Below are positions 63,401 through 64,000 of a stretch of 64,000 bases of DNA, piece by piece (the first letter of the stretch is position 1; each line of letters begins with the position of its first letter). A model generated the notes under the pieces. That model had not been told where the DNA came from, did not search any database, and saw nothing but the letters and a program-made list of their open reading frames with translations. The translations under genes and the position numbers were made by a program. The stretch is from the human T2T-CHM13v2.0 reference genome, Homo sapiens. The DNA lies in the NCBI RefSeq assembly GCF_009914755.1, contig NC_060937.1, one strand, 5' to 3'.

Positions 63401-64000
63401 TACATTATATACTGTACATAAAATATGAAATTACATCAAATATATTTTATATTAGGTACATAAAATATGAAAGTACATCAAATATAGATTATATACTGTA
63501 CATTAAATACCAAAGTACCCCAAATATATATTTTATACTGTACATGAAATATCAAAGTTCACAAACTGTATATTATATACTGTACATATAATATCAAAGT
63601 ACCCAAGGTATATATTCTATACTGTACAAAAAATAACAAAGTACCAAAAGCATGTATAATATACTGTACATAAAATATGAAAGTACATCAAATATATATT
63701 TTATTCTGTACATAAAATATCAAAGTACACCAGATATATATTCTATAGTGTACATAAAATATCAAAGTACCCAAACTATACATTATATACTGTAAATAAA
63801 ATATGAAATTACATCAAATATATTTTATATTAGGTACATAAAATATGAAAGTACATCAAATATAGATTATATACTGTACGTTAAATAGCAAAGTACCCCA
63901 AATATATATTTTATACTGTACATGAAATATCAAAGTTCACAAACCATACTTTATATACTCTACATAAATTATCAAAGTACCCAAGGTATATATTCTATAC
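54480..64000 (+). repeat. 2634-bp (7-HOR) super-repeat x3, followed by a 2256-bp (6-HOR) derivative
   Basis: ORF series 55528/58162/60796, 56398/59032/61666, 56657/59291/61925 and 57150/59784/62418. Then 60796/63052 and ORF ends 60590/62846 give 2256. Confidence 0.9.

Larger units (their letters stand above)
1..64000 (+). repeat. HSat1A (SAR / classical satellite I) 42-bp tandem array, pericentromeric or acrocentric heterochromatin of human or another great ape
   Basis: Continuous 42-bp monomers ACATAAAATAT(C/G)AAAGT + AC(CC/AT)(A/C)AA..ATATATTATATACTGT, with GTAC at alternating 17/25-bp spacing. Very AT-rich with very few CpG. A 378-bp 9-mer order recurs throughout. The family name comes from recalled knowledge of the HSat1A consensus; species and chromosome cannot be determined from the window. 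Confidence 0.95.
30300..64000 (+). repeat. 373/375/378-bp mixed 9-mer domain
   Basis: E is almost always 'ccagat'. A 37-bp G monomer (5-bp deletion, first at 30401-30437) is usually linked to 'taacaaagtacac' F and 'caatgtacc' I. A 39-bp B monomer appears from 37951 onward. Confidence 0.9.

Noticed and set aside
239-63591. More than 100 + strand ORFs encoding Y/I/K-rich 14-aa repeats, including regularly overlapping 196-aa ORFs with ATGA stop-start overlaps that resemble an operon
   Set aside because: They are translations of the satellite monomer (42 is divisible by 3). The ATGA overlap arises mechanically from the 1-bp deletion in J. There is no unique domain, and stops and frameshifts are freely amplified.
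1-64000. CRISPR-like alternation of a constant segment (tgtacataaaatat) and a variable segment
   Set aside because: The variable parts are nine homologous, cyclically recurring variants rather than unique spacers. There is no leader and there are no cas genes.
1-64000. Transposon insertion, inversion or unique-sequence island
   Set aside because: None seen: every line reads as the same-strand monomer. A very short (<30 bp) insert could have been missed by eye.
1-64000. Alpha satellite, CENP-B boxes, HSat2/3 or HSat1B
   Set aside because: There is no 171-bp period, no TTCG....A..CGGG motif, no CATTC repeats and no Alu-containing ~2.4-kb unit. The 2379-bp spacing is a sum of 42-bp-based HORs.

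Overview
All 64 kb is one uninterrupted, single-orientation tandem array of an AT-rich 42-bp satellite. It matches primate Human Satellite 1A (HSat1A/SAR: 17-bp + 25-bp subunits separated by RsaI GTAC sites, canonical 9 x 42 = 378-bp higher-order repeat). I see no genes, RNA genes, transposon insertions, CRISPR arrays or inversions. The ORF track is a by-product of a 42-bp (14-codon) monomer with one stop-free frame, but it is a useful ruler for repeat structure. I label the nine monomers by their pseudo-translation: A=MKYQSSQTIYYILY, B=IKYQSTQGIYSILY, C=KKYQSTQSMYYILY, D=IKYESTSNIYFILY, E=IKYQSTP(N/D)IYSI(L/V)Y, F=IKYQSTQTIHYILY, G=IKYEITSNIYYIRY, H=IKYESTSNIDYILY, I=IKYQSTPNIY(F/Y)ILY; J is a 41-bp I variant. 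The array has distinct layers: (1) a diverged 378-bp 9-mer tract (~330-3300); (2) a scrambled transition (~3300-4955); (3) an ~18.6-kb domain of a non-canonical 587-bp 14-mer that contains a near-perfect 7039-bp tandem duplication; (4) a 377/378-bp domain with a 1133-bp duplication; and (5) a 373/375/378-bp domain with nested 2379-, 3006-, 751-, 3585- and 2634/2256-bp super-repeats. The most interesting signals are the 14-mer HOR, the recurrent creation of the same A-F junction, and several rearrangements that change monomer order but conserve monomer count, which suggests out-of-register gene conversion. I found no evidence of a new protein-coding system. Domain boundaries were read by eye and are approximate.
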